A stretch of 64,000 nucleotides of DNA from Hemiscyllium ocellatum (taxonomy: Eukaryota), in contig NC_083403.1 of the NCBI RefSeq assembly GCF_020745735.1, positions 74,681,003 to 74,745,002 of the forward strand. Direction: 5' to 3'. A program made the translations under genes and the position numbers. Shown here in pieces: positions 10,201 through 24,135 of the stretch. Below the pieces are notes generated by a model. It saw only the letters and a program-made list of their open reading frames with translations. It made no database searches and was not told where the DNA came from. How positions within the stretch are numbered: position 1 is the stretch's first letter; each line of letters opens with the position of its first letter.

Positions 10201-13200
10201 ACTCTTGCAGGGATGTTTCAAGACTGAGGTTATTGATCTGGAAAAACCACAATGATTTTCCTTTATACAAGCAATATCTCCAAACAGTGGAAAGTTTTCC
10301 TGATTCCAATGACTCCAGTTTGGCTAGGGCTCCTTAATGCCCCAGTTGGTCAAATACTACCTTGGTATCAAGGACAACCACTTCTACCTCATCTCTGGAG
10401 TTCAAATCTTTTGCACATGTTTGTATCAATGCTGTAATGAAGTCAGGAGCTGAGTGGTGCCGAAAGCCAAATTAAGAACCAGCAGATTATTGCTTAGTGC
10501 TGCTTGATAGCATGGTGGATGACCCTTTTCATCATTTTGCTGATGATCTAGAGTTGACTGATGGGGTGATAATTGGCTGGTTGGATTTTTCCTGCTTTGT
10601 GTGGACAACTGCTTCACATGATTGGTATTAGAATTGCAGTTTTGTTATGGCACTAAAGGAGACCATTCACTTCATTGGCACTAAGCTAAAATGGTGCAGT
10701 CACAATCTTCCTTTGCTACATAATCCTTCACATTGGTTTCTTTCAAATAGTCATTTAAAGCACTCCAGAGCGCCAAAACTGAATCTGCCCCACATCTAGG
10801 CAGTGCGTTCCAGACCCTAATATCTCATCGTGGGAAAAAAGTTCTCTCTCATCTTGCATTTACTTCTTTTACAAAGACACTAAATCTGTGCCCTGTGGGT
10901 CTTGATTATATTATGAATGGGAATAGGTTCTCCAACTTTGGGCAACTAATCTGATAAACCTTCAACTAAAAATAATTTACAATTACATTTACATTTAGAA
11001 TATTTACAAATCATAATGCAGCATTTTGCATTGTGTGGAAGCCTCACTTTCAAAAGAATCCTTTACAACTCTTTATAGGGTAGTTGCCCAAGTTGAAGGG
11101 GAAGCCAAGGACGGAAAAAAAGCCCAGTCAAACAGCTAGATTATATAGAGCATTTTGAAATTGAAGAGGGATCTACAAAATAGACAGAAACTTCCCACTT
11201 AACTAAATTAGTTCAGCTCCAACAATACTCAGGAAGCCCAACATCATCCAGGTCAGAACATGATTGGCACCCTATCTGCAACTTTAAACATTCAATCCTT
11301 ATAATGCCAGTGCCTGATGACAGCTGCACCATAGCAGCCTGCAAGACACCTTCGAAACCACCTTCCTGACCTGCAACCTTTATCACTTACAGGAACAAGA
11401 GCATGGTATACTACAAACAACATTTTATCTTCCAAGTCAGACATGATTTTGACTTGAAACTGTATTGCTGTCCCTCTATGAGTGCTGGACCAAAATCGAA
11501 GAATCCCCTCCCTCCATCATGTGGTTTCAGCAGTTCAAAAACTCATCTCTCTGCTATTTTGAGGACAGTTAGAGATGGACATTAAATGCTGGCCTGGCTA
11601 GTGAAATCCTATAAATGAATAAAAGAAAGTATATGCTATGATGGTAGACCTAACCACTCCCAGCAATTCAGATCTTGAATGAATGGAGAATTTTGCTTTT
11701 ATATTTTAACCAGCTGTATCAAATGGATATATAGCTGAGAAATTAAAAATAATTATGACCAAAAGACCACATTTATTTCTTAAGTGACATGATCTTCATT
11801 AAGTAAGTCATCAGAGATATTAAAATGCTAACTTGTTTTTGTGCAGGATGACCAGTTTGCTTGCTTTAGGGACATTCGCCCTGGTGCGCCCCATCATTAT
11901 CTTGTTGTACCAAGAAAACACATTGCAAATTGCAAGTCTCTGAAGAAGGAGCATATATCAGTAGGTGAGATTCCATTCACTTTGTTGTTCAGATCATATA
12001 ACAACACTTCATTATCTTTCATTTGAACTGTGCTTGTAGAGGCTTTACAAATATATTTTGTGAACGTACTTCAAAAATACAGCTCTTTGGATGAACTCTG
12101 ATAGGCCAAAGAGCAAGTTAAAATGCAAGAGATGCATTAAGTCTTAAATATAAATGATTCGTTTGGTGATATGATTGTGTTATGGTCACATCTGAAAATT
12201 CTATTTAATTTCCATTTCCAGCACAAGCTTCTGCTAGCACCCTTGTCTCGTAAACAGCTTCTGTTGAATTATAGTTTACCTAAATACCCCAGTATGTGGA
12301 TTGCATATGTGGCAATATTGATTTATTTTTCCTTGTGTAATATTTGATGCTTTGTAGTATCAGCAGTAGTATGACCTTTTGTTTACACAGAATGAGGGAT
12401 GTATTCTGGTTGGAATGGCGCACAAGCTACAGTATTTGTCTTCAGTGTGCTGAGTACTTGTCTTCAGTGATCATTTTCAGTAATTTGAATCACATTTAGC
12501 AAACCCAATTATCTGTGCATAATATTGCACTGTCTTGGATGGACTAATAACAAAGTGGAGGGATATTAAATTGATCTTTTTCACTTGTGGGCATGGGCAT
12601 CATTGTTGTGCCAGCATTTATTGTCTGGTGAGCTACCTTCTTGAACCATCACAATTCATATGCTGTAGTTTGACCCAAAATGCCCTTGGGGAGGGAATTC
12701 AGAATTTTGACCGAGTGACGGTCGCAGAACCGCAATATATTTCCGTCAGGATGCTGAGTGGCTTGGAGGGCAAATTGCAGATGTGGTGTTCCCGTGTTAT
12801 TTGCTGCCCTTGTCCTTCTCGACAGAAGTGGTCAGGGGTTTGGAAGGATCTTCCATGAACTTCTGCAATGTATCTTGTAGATAGTACACATTGCTGCTGA
12901 GCATTGCCCTTGGAGGGAGTGATTGCTTGTAGATAGAGTGCTGCTTTGTCCTGGATGCTGTCAAGCTTCTTGTTGGAGTAGCACCTATCCAGGCAAGTGG
13001 GGAGTATTCCATTAAACTCCTGACTTGCACGTTGTCGATGGTGGACAGGCTTTGGGGAGTCGGGTGGTGAATTACTTGCTGCAGAATTCCTAGCCTCTGA
13101 TCTGCTGTTTGTGTTTATGTGATGAGTCCAGTTGACTTTCTGGTTGCTGGTAACCTGAAGGATGTTGAGAGTGGGGAATGATGGTGTAGTAGTGTTGGTG

Positions 13201-15962
13201 ACACTAATGAATGTCGAAGGGTGATGATTACATTATCTCTCATTGGAGATGATCATTGCCTGACATTTGTGTGGAGTGAAAGTTACTTACTATTTGCCAG
13301 CCCAGTCTGGATATTGTCTGGATCTTGTGGTATTTCAGCATGGACTGCTTCAGTATTTGAGGAGTTACAATTGGTGCTAAATATTGTGCACTCATTGACG
13401 AACATTTCCACTTCTGACCTCATGATGGAGGGAACGGATAAAACAGCTGAAGTTGGTTTGGCTGAGGATACCACACTGGGGAACTCTTGCAGAGATGTTC
13501 TGGAGCTGAAATGATTGATCTCCAACAACCATGACCATTTTCCTATGTGTCAGGTATGAGATCATCCAGTGAAGAGTTTGCCACCAGTACCCATCGATTC
13601 CAGTTTTGCTCGGGTGCTTTGCCATACTCAACTGAATGTGGACTATAACTGTCACCTCACCAATGTTCGTGTTTGAACCAATGCTGTAATGAGGTCAGGA
13701 ACTGAGTGGCCCTGGTGGATCCCAAACTGGGTGTCACTGAACAGGTTATTGCTGAGTAAGTGCTGCTTAATTGCATTGTTGATGTCACCGGCCATCACTT
13801 TACTGATGATTGAAAATAAACTGATAGGGTGGCAATTGGCTGGTTTGGATTTGTTCTGTTTTTTGTGTACGGAGCAGTTAGGCAATTTTCCACATTCTTA
13901 TTTAAAATACAAAGCAGACTTGTGTAAGCCTTTGGATGCAATATTAATTTTCTCCTGTTTGATTTTGCCGTGTTTTGCTGTTGTGACTGCTGTCTGCTCT
14001 GTGTTAGCATTTCAGAGGGACGAGATGATCAGTGATCATTCAGTTTAACTCCTGTCCTAATGTTGTCATTACTAGGTACTGCCTTTATTTGTGGGCTACT
14101 TAATTTTGCCAGTGTCCCAGTAGTAGGAATAAGATGTGGTAAGGTACCTTATTGACCCATTGCCTGCGTATGCCTGGAAAGTGATTGAACAACTGGCTGT
14201 TAAAATGGGAGAGGACTATGTTCTAAATTATGAAAAGTAAATTGTAGTTTTACATTATTTGTTTTTATTTTACATGTTGCTTTTAGTGTACATGCTTTTT
14301 GGTTATGTTATGCTACAACTAATTACAAAATTGTTTTAATGAATAGTTCAAAAGATGGTGAACATTGGAAAAAGTGTACTGCAACAAAATGGCATGAATG
14401 ACCTGGCAGATGTAAGGTATGTACATACTCCAGAATATAAAAGGGGTGCTTGATAACCAAATATGATTCTGAAAAAGTTATGGTTATGACATTTGTTTGT
14501 TTGATAGCTACCTTTGGTTTTTTTTATGTAATCTTCCAAAAAGGCATGCACAAAGCTCCGACCATTTAAAAATAATAAACCTTGATTTAGTGAATATTTA
14601 AGTTGAATTGTGTGAAGCAACATTAATTGAAATGTGTTGGTATTCACTTTGTAGCTGAGCAAATTATATTTGCTTACGGAAGCTAGCACACAGTTACTGT
14701 GAGAAGTATTGCCTATTTACACGCTACTCGCAGGCACGTGCTGTGATGTAATCTACTGAATAATTATTCCCTCTGTCCAACTAAACATTCTGTAAAGGAC
14801 TGCAAATGGCAATAACAAAATAGTATTAAAATAACACCCAGCACATTAACATCTCTTCGTTTTTAATTTTACAATAAACATTGAAGTTACCTATAACTTT
14901 GGTTGCATTATTTTCACAAGTTTATTATTTAAATTACACTGAAGCTACAATTTTTAACATGAATAAATTTAATATTTTCTGGATGAATTTAATTGCCTTA
15001 GTTCAGCTTTCTCTTTGAAGCTTTATGCTGTGTTCTTTGTGCTATCCCAGATTATCATCAGAATTGTTACAAAAGTATTGGATTTGTTTACAGGCTGGGC
15101 TTTCACCTGCCCCCATTCTGTACAATAACTCACTTGCACTTGCACGTATTGGCTCCAGCCAGTCAGATGGGATTTATATCGAGAATGGTTTACCGAGTTA
15201 ATTCCTACTGGTTTATTACGGTAAGTATATTGTCTCTGTTGTTCATTATATGATAGGTGAAAATGTAAGTCAATTTACACTATGACCTTATTGAGATATG
15301 CTCTTCTTAATGTTAGTGAACACTCAGTTTCAGTCTTTAGTCTGTCCTTAATGACACTGGAGGAACAATTCTTGTTTTTAGAAACCCAGGTATGAGATAA
15401 GAAAGCAAGAGGGCGCATAAAGAGGAATTGAGACCACAATCAGACCAGCCATGATCTTTTGAATGGTGGAACAGGCTACCAAAGCTGATTGGCCTCCTCC
15501 TATGTTCCAGATAAATTCCTGACCTCAATTACTATTTCTTGATATATTCTGTAGACACTGAAAAAGGCTTTTAATCAAAATTTATTGTACTTGATTTCCA
15601 TACTTTGAAGTTAAATGGTTCTATACTTGCGTGAAACCACCTGGCTTTTATTTTCTAGGCAATTGCCAAATCAAACATAATAATGGGTTGTTTTATGCTG
15701 CATGCTTACTGGAAACTGGATTGAAATTGCCCAAATTCATCTTGCATAGGCAATACAGAGAGGAAATTATAATGTCAACAGTGCCAGCTATGTTTTAAAA
15801 TAATTCTCTGAAAGATTCAACAAAGATCACACTGCTTCACCCAGTATCAATTATAGATTATGCTTTGCGTACATTTATCTCACTTATTACATTGTAGACA
15901 TTTTCCCCCACCCTAAGGTTGACAAATTGATTGAAAATCTAAAGTCTCTTCCGGACGAGTGA
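7095..15962 (+). CDS. HINT3: Histidine triad nucleotide-binding protein 3, whole gene span; join(7095..7259,11847..11964,14347..14416,15094..15220,15918..15962), 174 aa
   Basis: Five GT-AG exons join in frame (165+118+70+127+45 = 525 nt). The product has [32 protein letters not shown], the HIT motif HLHLH and NSYWFIT. It lies upstream of TRMT11, as in other vertebrates. Confidence 0.95.
7298..7634. mobile_element. Short fold-back Penelope-type terminal-repeat element in HINT3 intron 1 (same family as 26011-27565)
   Basis: Inverted ends (aaagttaaaaatcacacaacaccaggttatagtccaacagg / its reverse complement), flanked by the 12-bp direct repeat tttatttcctgt at 7286-7297 and 7635-7646. Confidence 0.8.
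7665..8150 (-). mobile_element. Older Penelope-type terminal-repeat fragment
   Basis: Diverged homology to 26011-26420, including a decayed hammerhead (ccttcatcaggtg). Confidence 0.7.
11847..11964 (+). CDS. HINT3: HINT3 exon 2
   Basis: tttttgtgcag| [39 protein letters not shown] |gtgaga; 118 nt. Confidence 0.95.
12570..13900 (-). mobile_element. L2/CR1-clade LINE (second family), RT and 3' end, degraded; related pieces at about 8165-8840 (+), 9330-10610 (-), 35545-35790 (+), 39255-41160 (+) and 47270-47950 (+)
   Basis: [55 protein letters not shown] on the - strand. Confidence 0.75.
14347..14416 (+). CDS. HINT3: HINT3 exon 3
   Basis: aatag| (V)[22 protein letters not shown](R) |gtatgt; 70 nt; phases match both neighbouring exons. 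Confidence 0.9.
15094..15220 (+). CDS. HINT3: HINT3 exon 4 (HIT motif)
   Basis: tttacag| [42 protein letters not shown] |gtaagt; 127 nt. Confidence 0.95.
15918..15962 (+). CDS. HINT3: HINT3 terminal coding exon
   Basis: ttttcccccaccctaag| [14 protein letters not shown] (TGA 15960-15962); resembles the vertebrate HINT3 C-terminus. Confidence 0.85.
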   Translation, partial: VDKLIENLKSLPDE

Positions 15963-16414
15963 ATGATAGAAGATACTATATCCATGCAGTTGAGTTCCAC
16001 TGCAGATACTTCCAGAAGACTTCAAGACTGCAGCTGCTCTTTGATCTGGATCAGCTTTTGATTTAATGAGCAAGAATTAATTTGTGCCCATCAGAATTGA
16101 AAAAAAATCCATTTACTCGGTTTCTGTTTTTTCAAATTCATAACTTTTCATTTAGGAAGTGAAGGTCTGTAGCAGTTCTCTGGACAGTTTAACAAAAACT
16201 TCAAAATTTACTTATGTGTAAGTGAGAAACAACGACTTGTTAAACTTGTCAGCATGCACACAATCAGTAAATTTAGCTAGATGTAAAATTGGAAATACTG
16301 AAGAACTTTATTTATGTAATGTTGTTATGTAAGTTTTGTCTTAAATACCATTTTAAATATTTAATTGTATCAACATTACAGTAAACCTTAAGTGTGTGAA
16401 AATGTTCCATGTGC

Positions 16415-16420
16415 AATAAA
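16415..16420 (+). promoter_or_regulatory. Candidate HINT3 polyadenylation signal AATAAA
   Basis: Canonical AATAAA about 450 nt after the stop codon, at the end of an AT-rich stretch. Confidence 0.55.
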
Positions 16421-17197
16421 TATCTTGTATATGGCAAGTTATTAGTACATGACTACATTGGTATGGATTAGGTTTTCAGATATCGTAACAAATTTTTGTT
16501 CTCAGTTTATGAAACTGAATATGAGAGCACACTAATTCATTCAGAAAATGTATAATGTGTTCTTACAGATAGAACGTAAACATGAGTCGCTACTGTGCCA
16601 CCATCTTGTGTTGAATTGTTTGTTCTAACATATCAACAGTTATAAAGTCCATTAATTTGAATATAAAAATAGAATCATTATACAATTATATTCTGCATTC
16701 ACTGCAGAATATCCAAGCCATTGCTTGTAAGTGCATTACAAGTTGAATTGCTGGTGTTCTCTGTGCCATAGCTACTTGAAGCTTTTATAATGCAGTATTC
16801 TCTGATCCACTGTACTGCATTTTCTTAAATGTGTTAACACTGAAATCTAATTTTCAGCTCACAACTATAAGATTTTGGCACCTCTGAAATGCTGGATTTT
16901 ACCCTAATGTCTCAAACACTGGCAAACTACATCTCTTAGAGAGTCAGTGTGTTGGCAGTGGAGGTTTGTGGATAGTGAAAGTTGGGATGCCAGTCTGGGC
17001 AGAATTGGTATGTTTAGACAGTATCGTGAAAAAGCAGTGTGCAAATACAACATTGAGGTGTAACCTGGAAACTGAAGTATGTTTTCATGAGGTAGTTTTG
17101 CAGTTTATAAGTTGTCCTTTAAGGTCACAAGGGTGTTCAATTGTTGCCTAGTTGGTTTCTATTTTAAAATATTAAATTTTGGTATAAGCACACTTAG

Positions 17198-17535
17198 AGC
17201 GGCACGGTGGCTCAACAGTTAGCATGGCGGCCTTACAACAACATGGACCTGGGTTTGATTCCAGCCGCGGGCGACTGTGTAAACTGCACACATTCTCCCT
17301 GTGTCTGTGTGGATTTCCTCTGGGTGCTCCTGTTTCTTCCCACAGTCCAAAGATGTGCAGGTTAAATGGATTGGCTGTGCTAAATTACTCAGTGTCCAGG
17401 TATGTGTAGGTTAGATGGATTAGCCATGGGAATGCAAAGTTAGAGGGATAGAGTAAGGGGTGATTCTAGGTGGGATACTCTCCAGAGTCAATGTGGGCTC
17501 GATGAACCAAGTGGCCTCCTTCCACATTGTAAGGA
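17198..17535 (+). mobile_element. HE1-like SINE, diverged
   Basis: Same head, core and tail layout as 845-1156. Confidence 0.8.
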
Positions 17536-19904
17536 AAAGTCAGATGCTCAGACTACATGGGGATGTGACAGCATCAGAAACTGGTATGAGTATCTTCGGC
17601 CAGTGTGAATTGGGTGTGCTTGAAACATATTTTCCATTTTCCTGACCTAGAATTACTGGATCACGAGTTGAGACTCACGAAAGCATGGTACCAAAGCAAA
17701 ACTTGTATTTTCTCTGCTACTGGGAAAGTCAGGCTTGTCAGACATTACTCCTCATTACATTATGTCTGGATGATCACTTATTATATCATTCAATATTCAA
17801 AAGTGTACGATAATGAACAGCATCTCCTACTTCTGTGTTTTGTGTCTTTTACATATCTTGTTTAATTTGAGGTATAAAATTGAATTCTTTATTCTACTTA
17901 TTAACGTGATACATAATCTGCTCAAAACAAATGATCAATTTTGTTCATCATTGTTCTTATGATCATTAGCTTATAAATCAATCCTTGGATCTACATTGTG
18001 TCAATTTTAAAATTTTCAAATTCCTTCATGGCCTGCCACCACACTACCAACATGTTCATCTCTATAACTTTTCTAAAAGGTGCTAATTAAAAATAATGTC
18101 AAATACTGTTTTGTAACATTGTCAATTTTTGATTGTGCTTCTTTAATTTTGGAAGTAAATTGTTACAGCTTTTTAAAAACAAGTCCTAAAATATTAACAG
18201 CAGTGGGCAGCATAGCGTGCACTTGCCAACCAAACTCCATCATGCAGTTTACATTTTGGTTTTCCCCTTGAATTGGTATTCTTATGAAATGTTCTGATGA
18301 ATACAAGTCAAAAAATTTGAGCAAAATGTGATACTAAAGTCTTTCTGTGAATATGATATCTTATTAAAGGATTAATCCTCAGGAAATGATTAATTCATAG
18401 TTTGATAAAATACTTGAGCTTTTGCATGTATTTATTCCATTAAAAGCACACTCTTAAAAACAAGTCAAATACTGCAGATGGCAGAGATTGGAAAGAAAAA
18501 GAGTGCTGGAGAAATTCAACAGGTATCAAAGATTTGGAGTGAGAAACAGAGTTATCCTTTCAAGCACAGTATAACTTCTTTGAAACTGAGAATGGGTAGA
18601 AATAGTATAGGTTTTGTGGTGTTGGTAAAGGTGAGGGGCAAGTGGAAGAAAAAGAGCAATTAGGCATTGCCTGGGAGTGTTCCACAAACCGTCACCCAGA
18701 CTGTGTTTGGTCTGTTAATATATTCAGTTACAGAATATTGAATGGTCTGGACATTGAATGGTGGATGTTGGGAAGATGTTTCCATTGTGGTAGGAGAGGT
18801 TAGGATGGAGGGCACAGCCTTGAGAGTAAAGGGAAGACCTTATAGAATGGAGATAAGGAGAAACTTATTCAGCCAAAGAGTGGTGAATCTTTGGAATTCA
18901 TTGCCACACAAGGTTGTGAAGGCCAGGTCATTGAGTATATTTAAGACTGAGGCAGATAGGTTCTTGATTATCAAGGAGATCAAGGTTTACAGGGGGATAG
19001 GTTTCTCAACTTCCACTATCAGCCATGTTTGAATGGCAGAGCAGACTCTGTAGGTTGATTGGCCTAATTTCTGCTCCTATGTCTTATGGTGTTATAGAGG
19101 AGACACATTGTGAGCTGTGAATGCAGGAGACCATTAGAAAGAAGCACAAGTAAATCACAATCTCACCTGAAAGTTATCGTTGGGATCTTGGACAGTGAGG
19201 AGGTTAAAAAGGCAACTTTGCACCTCCTGCAACTGCATGGGAAAGTGCCATGGAAGGGCTTGAAATGTTAAGAGTGATGGAATAATGAACCAGTGTATGG
19301 CAGAGAACAATACCTTCAGTACTCTGGGAGGGAGGGGAAGATGTGTTTGATGGTGGCACATGCTAAAGGTGATGGAAATGGGGGAGAATGATTCTTTGAA
19401 TATGCAGGCTGGTGGGATAAAATCTACTGCAAGAGAAACCCTATTGTAGTTCTTGGAGGGAGGTGGTGTGAAATTAGGTGTGCCAGAAAAGGGATTGATT
19501 GAGGTTGATGACCCTGTCCACTAGAGTGGGGGAGATCCTCAGTGGCATAAAAAGACATGTCAAAAAACATCTCTGTGGGAAGTGGCATCATCAGAATACA
19601 CATAACAGAGATGTAGAAACTGGGAGAATAGAATTTTTGCAGAAAGCAGGGATTAAGGAGGTGCCTGGAACCACCATAAAAAATGTCCAGTACTGCAAAT
19701 GATTTTTAAAAGTTGTGCTATATCTACTAATTCCCCCATAAACTATGCTGAGATTGCAGAACCCACAGGACTTCACAGCCCTATTATTTCAACTGACTTC
19801 CAGTTTTATCATTAACTTCGAATTATGTACTTTATGGAGATAAATATTGTTGTTTTGAACAACAGAGTAACATTTCTAATTTTATCATTGCCCATTTATC
19901 CTAA

Positions 19905-20660
19905 AGCTCAGATTACAACGAGATGGGCCAATGAGCTGAGAAGTGGCAGATGGAGTTTAATTTAGATAAATGTGTGGTGTTGCATTTTGGGAAAGCAAAT
20001 CTTAACAGGACTGATATATTTCATGGTAAGGGCATTGGGAGAGTTGCTGAACAGAGAGACCTTGGAGTGCAGATTCATAGCTTCTTGAAAATGGTGTTGC
20101 AAATAGATAGGATAGTGAAGGTGGTGTTTGGTATGCTTTCCTTTATTGGTCAGAGTATTGAGTACAGGAGTTGGGAAGTGTTGTGGCTGTACAGGACATT
20201 GGTTAGGCCACTGTTGGAATATTGCATGCAATTCTGGTCTCCTTCCTATTGAAAAGATGTTGTGAAAATTGAAAGGGTTCAGAAAAAATTTATAAGGATG
20301 TTGCCTGGGTTGGAGGATTTGAGCTATAGGGAGAGTTTGAATAGGCTAGGGCTGTTTTCCCTGGAGCGTTGGAGGCATAGGTTTAGGGTGAGAGGGGAAA
20401 GATATAAAAGAGACCTAAGGGGAAACTTTTTCACGCAGAGGGTGGGACGTGTACGGAATGAGCTGCCAGAGGAAGTGGTGGAGGCTGGTACAATTGCAAC
20501 ATTTAAAAGGCATCTGGATGGGTGTATGAATGGGAAGGGTTCAGAAGGATATGGGCCGGGTGCTGGCAGGTGGGACTAGACTGGGTTGGGATATCTTGTC
20601 AGCATGGACGAGTTGGACCGAAGGGTCTGTTTCCGTGCTGTACATCTCTATGACTCTATA
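19905..20660 (+). mobile_element. CR1/HER1-type LINE 3' fragment
   Basis: MEFNLDKC..LYRTLVRPLLEYC..; tail ttggaccgaagggtctgtttccgtgctgtacatctctatgactcta. Confidence 0.9.
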
Positions 20661-20779
20661 TACTTGTGAGTTTATGTCAGATATCATATTTCCACAAAAA
20701 CCTCCAATAGGTAAATGAAACTTTATTCATAATTCTCACTGTCCACTTAAGTTTCCCATGGCTTCACATCCCAATATAT

Positions 20780-21545
20780 TTTGCATCAGTCCACCGCCTG
20801 GACATGCCCTGGTGTGCCCATTTGCCACTGGGCAGTGAGGATCCCCAGTGGAGGGTTCTCTACATGGGAGTCCTCCCCCTTTTTCTTGGGGATCTGGGGT
20901 GGAGGGTGCTGCACATGGCAGTCCCCTGCAATCACAGATTGCGGTGGTTCACGGACTCCCAACTCAACTGCTTGTTCTATGGTGCTGTGGAGTCCGTGCA
21001 CCATGTATATATGGGGTGTGGGTGTTTGCGCTCTCTTTTTGAATTTCTTAAAAATCTTCTCTGTTTTTCATTGCACCTTGAGCCCTACGCTCCTGATCTT
21101 TGGACACCCAGTGCGGAGAGGGGTGAGTAGGTCAGAGGACCTCCTCGTGGGTCTGCTCCTGGGCCTGGCCAAACTGGCCGTAAACAGGTCCAGGCTGTGG
21201 GCCGTGGAGGGGGTCATTGGGGACGATTGCCTGGCCCTCTTCCGTGGTTACGTACATGCCCAGGTGTCTCTGGAGAAGGAGCACGTGGTGTCTACCAACA
21301 CCCTAGAGGTTTTAGGGAGAGGGGGGCACCGCAGGGAATTGGAGTGTTTTATTTCCCCCTCCAACTCTATTTTGATTTAATCCCTGTCCTCCCCATCACG
21401 TTTGTTTTGAAGAAGGGCACTGCTTGTTACTTCCCACTCTGCTATTTCCTTTCATCCTGGTGATGGAAAATGAACAAAGATTTATACACCTATTGTCTTT
21501 CACTGTGTGTAACACCCGCACACATAAGCTAATGCAAAATATATT
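20780..21545 (+). mobile_element. Tx1/L1-clade LINE 3' fragment (zf-RVT-like C-terminus)
   Basis: LGDLGWRVLHMAVPCN, ESVHHVYMGC, LLLGLAKLAVNRSR; frameshifted. Confidence 0.7.
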
Positions 21546-23156
21546 TTTTCTTTTTTATCAGTTTTACATGATATGTATAAGAAAGGAATCCTTGCTTGTT
21601 CCTCATCTTTTCCGCTTTAGAAAGCGGGTATCTGATTCAGCTTAGATATAATCTGTCCATGCAGTCAGTTAGAAGAATTAAAACTTGGTATGGATTCCGC
21701 TACAGTCTGTTTATTAGACTTGGCGGACTACTTTTTATTACGAATAACACTGCTTTATCTAATGATATAGAATTAAAAACAGTTCTAATGTGATCTATAT
21801 GACAAAGGTGAGTAACAAGTGCAGGATAAATAGTTAATGAGTGAGATTTATTACAGAAAAGATGCACCTGTCAAATGACATGATGACCTATTACTCCTGC
21901 TAGATGCAAGATGTGTTGAGTGAAAAGGACAGCTGAGCCCTGCATATTTACCAGGATAAAAACTGTTTCTGATACAGGGTCATTAAAACAAAAAGAACCA
22001 AATGCGACATGTCAAATTGTTTGTTCTTTCCACTTAATCTTGATGCACAGACGGAATGAGTAAACTGAAACTGAGACTCATAATCAGTTTGGACAACATT
22101 AACAATTGGACAATTCCATAAACTAACTGCAATAATGAATCCCAATCCCTGGAAAGAATGGAAGACAAATGAGTACATGATCAATGCTATGAGCTAAACA
22201 CCCATCACGAGGGAAGCCACATCATCTTTCTGCTGTATAAACAGCAGGAATTGTCTCTTACATTGCAGTTCTATAGTTCAGGAGATTTAAATACCAAGAT
22301 AAAAAGTTATGAAGATTAGGTGATCCTGCAGGCTGTTAACTGGATATAGTTCTGAGGCCTGGGTGTGTGATAGTGTGACTGGGACCTGACAAGAAAGGAC
22401 ACTGTTGAAGCATCAGGACTTATCTTCAGACTTGGCGATTAACAATCAGGCTGTATATGAATGACTTTAATTCATTCAAATCATATAGAGGTTTGAACCA
22501 TGGTTTTGTTGGTTTAATCAACTGAAAAATTTAAGGTTAACCGAAAACGTTGCAAGTATTTTTTTCTTTTACTTCTGGGGTCCACATGATTTTAGTGAGG
22601 AAAGGAATGGAATCCCTTACACCACAGATGCTGCACAACCTATTGAGTGTTTTCAACATTTTCAGCTTTTGGTGTTGGTATCAATTGAAGCAGACCTTGT
22701 ACAGTTACCATTCCGATTTCATTCTGCAGTGCAAAGATATGCAGATTTGGTGGACTGGCAATGCTAAATTGCCCAAAGTGTCCAGGAATGTGCAGACTAT
22801 GTGGGTCAGCTACAGAAAATGCAAGGTTACTGGGAAAAGGGTGGGGTGGACAGGTGGATCTGCACGGTCTGCTCTTCAGGTCAGTGTGGACTTGATGGGA
22901 TGAATGGCCTGCTTCCACACTAGGAATTATATAATTCTAGCTTTGCAATAATTTCTATCTCAACTAAAAGAATGGAAATTTAAGGAATAGTCCAATCAGC
23001 CCTTCATGGACTTCATGCATTGTATCCTTCTGTAAGAAAAGGTTTGTTCCCTCACCATTATATTGTGAAAATGACTGCAAATTTTGGAAAAATATAAATG
23101 CAAAAGTTAGAAAGTAATCAATTTGAACCTGGGCCATTAGTATCCTTTCATAACTA

Positions 23157-24135
23157 CTGAGTCATAGAGTCATAGAGATGTACAGCATGGAAACAGACCC
23201 TTTGGTCCAACTTGCCCTGCCGACCAGATATCCCAAACCAATCTAGTCCCACCTGCCAGCACCTGACCCACATCCCTCCATCCCCATCCAGATGCTTTTT
23301 AAATGTTACAATTGTACCAGCCCCCACCACATCCTCTGGCAGCTCATTCCATACATGTACTACCGTCTGAGTGAAAACGTTGCCCCTTAGATTTTTATAT
23401 ATCTTTTCCCTTTCACCCTAAACCTATACCTTCTAGTTCTGGACTCCCCCATCCCAGGGAAAAGACTTTGTCTCTTTATCCTATCCATGCCCCTCATGAT
23501 TTTATAAACCTCTATAAGGTCACCCCTCAGCCTCCGACGCTCCAAGGAAAACAGCCCTAGACTATTCAACCTCTCCCTATAGCTCAAATCCCCCAACTCT
23601 GGCAACATCCTTGTAAAATCTTTTCTGAACCCTTTTAAGTTTCACAATATCTTTCCGATAGGTAGGAGACCAGAATTGCACGCAACATTCCAACACTGGC
23701 CTAACCAATGTGCTGTACAGTCGCAACATGACCTCCCAACTCCTGTACTCAACACTCTGACCAATTTGCTCTCAATAAGTAAATCTGATTCAAATAGGCT
23801 GGGACTTTTTTCACTGGAGTGTAGGAGGTTGAGCTGTAACTTTATAGAGATTTATAAAATGAGGGGCATAGATAAGGTGACTAGCAAGGGTACTTTCCCT
23901 TGGGTGGGGGAGTTCAAAACAAAGGTGAATTAAGCAATTTTGACAAATGACATGAGAGGCACCTTCTTTTACATAGAGAGTGGACCATGTGTGGAATGAA
24001 CTGCCAGAGGAAGTGGTCGATGCAACAGTTAAAACATTTAACAGATATTTGGATAAGAACACGAATAGGAAATGTTTGGATGGATATAGGTGAAATGCAG
24101 GCAAGTGGGACTAGTTGAATTTGGGAACATGGCCA
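23157..24135. mobile_element. Two CR1/HER1-type 3' fragments back to back (23157-23765 on -, about 23785-24135 on +)
   Basis: Both carry LGLFSLE.RRL and the HER1-type tail, in opposite orientations. Confidence 0.85.
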
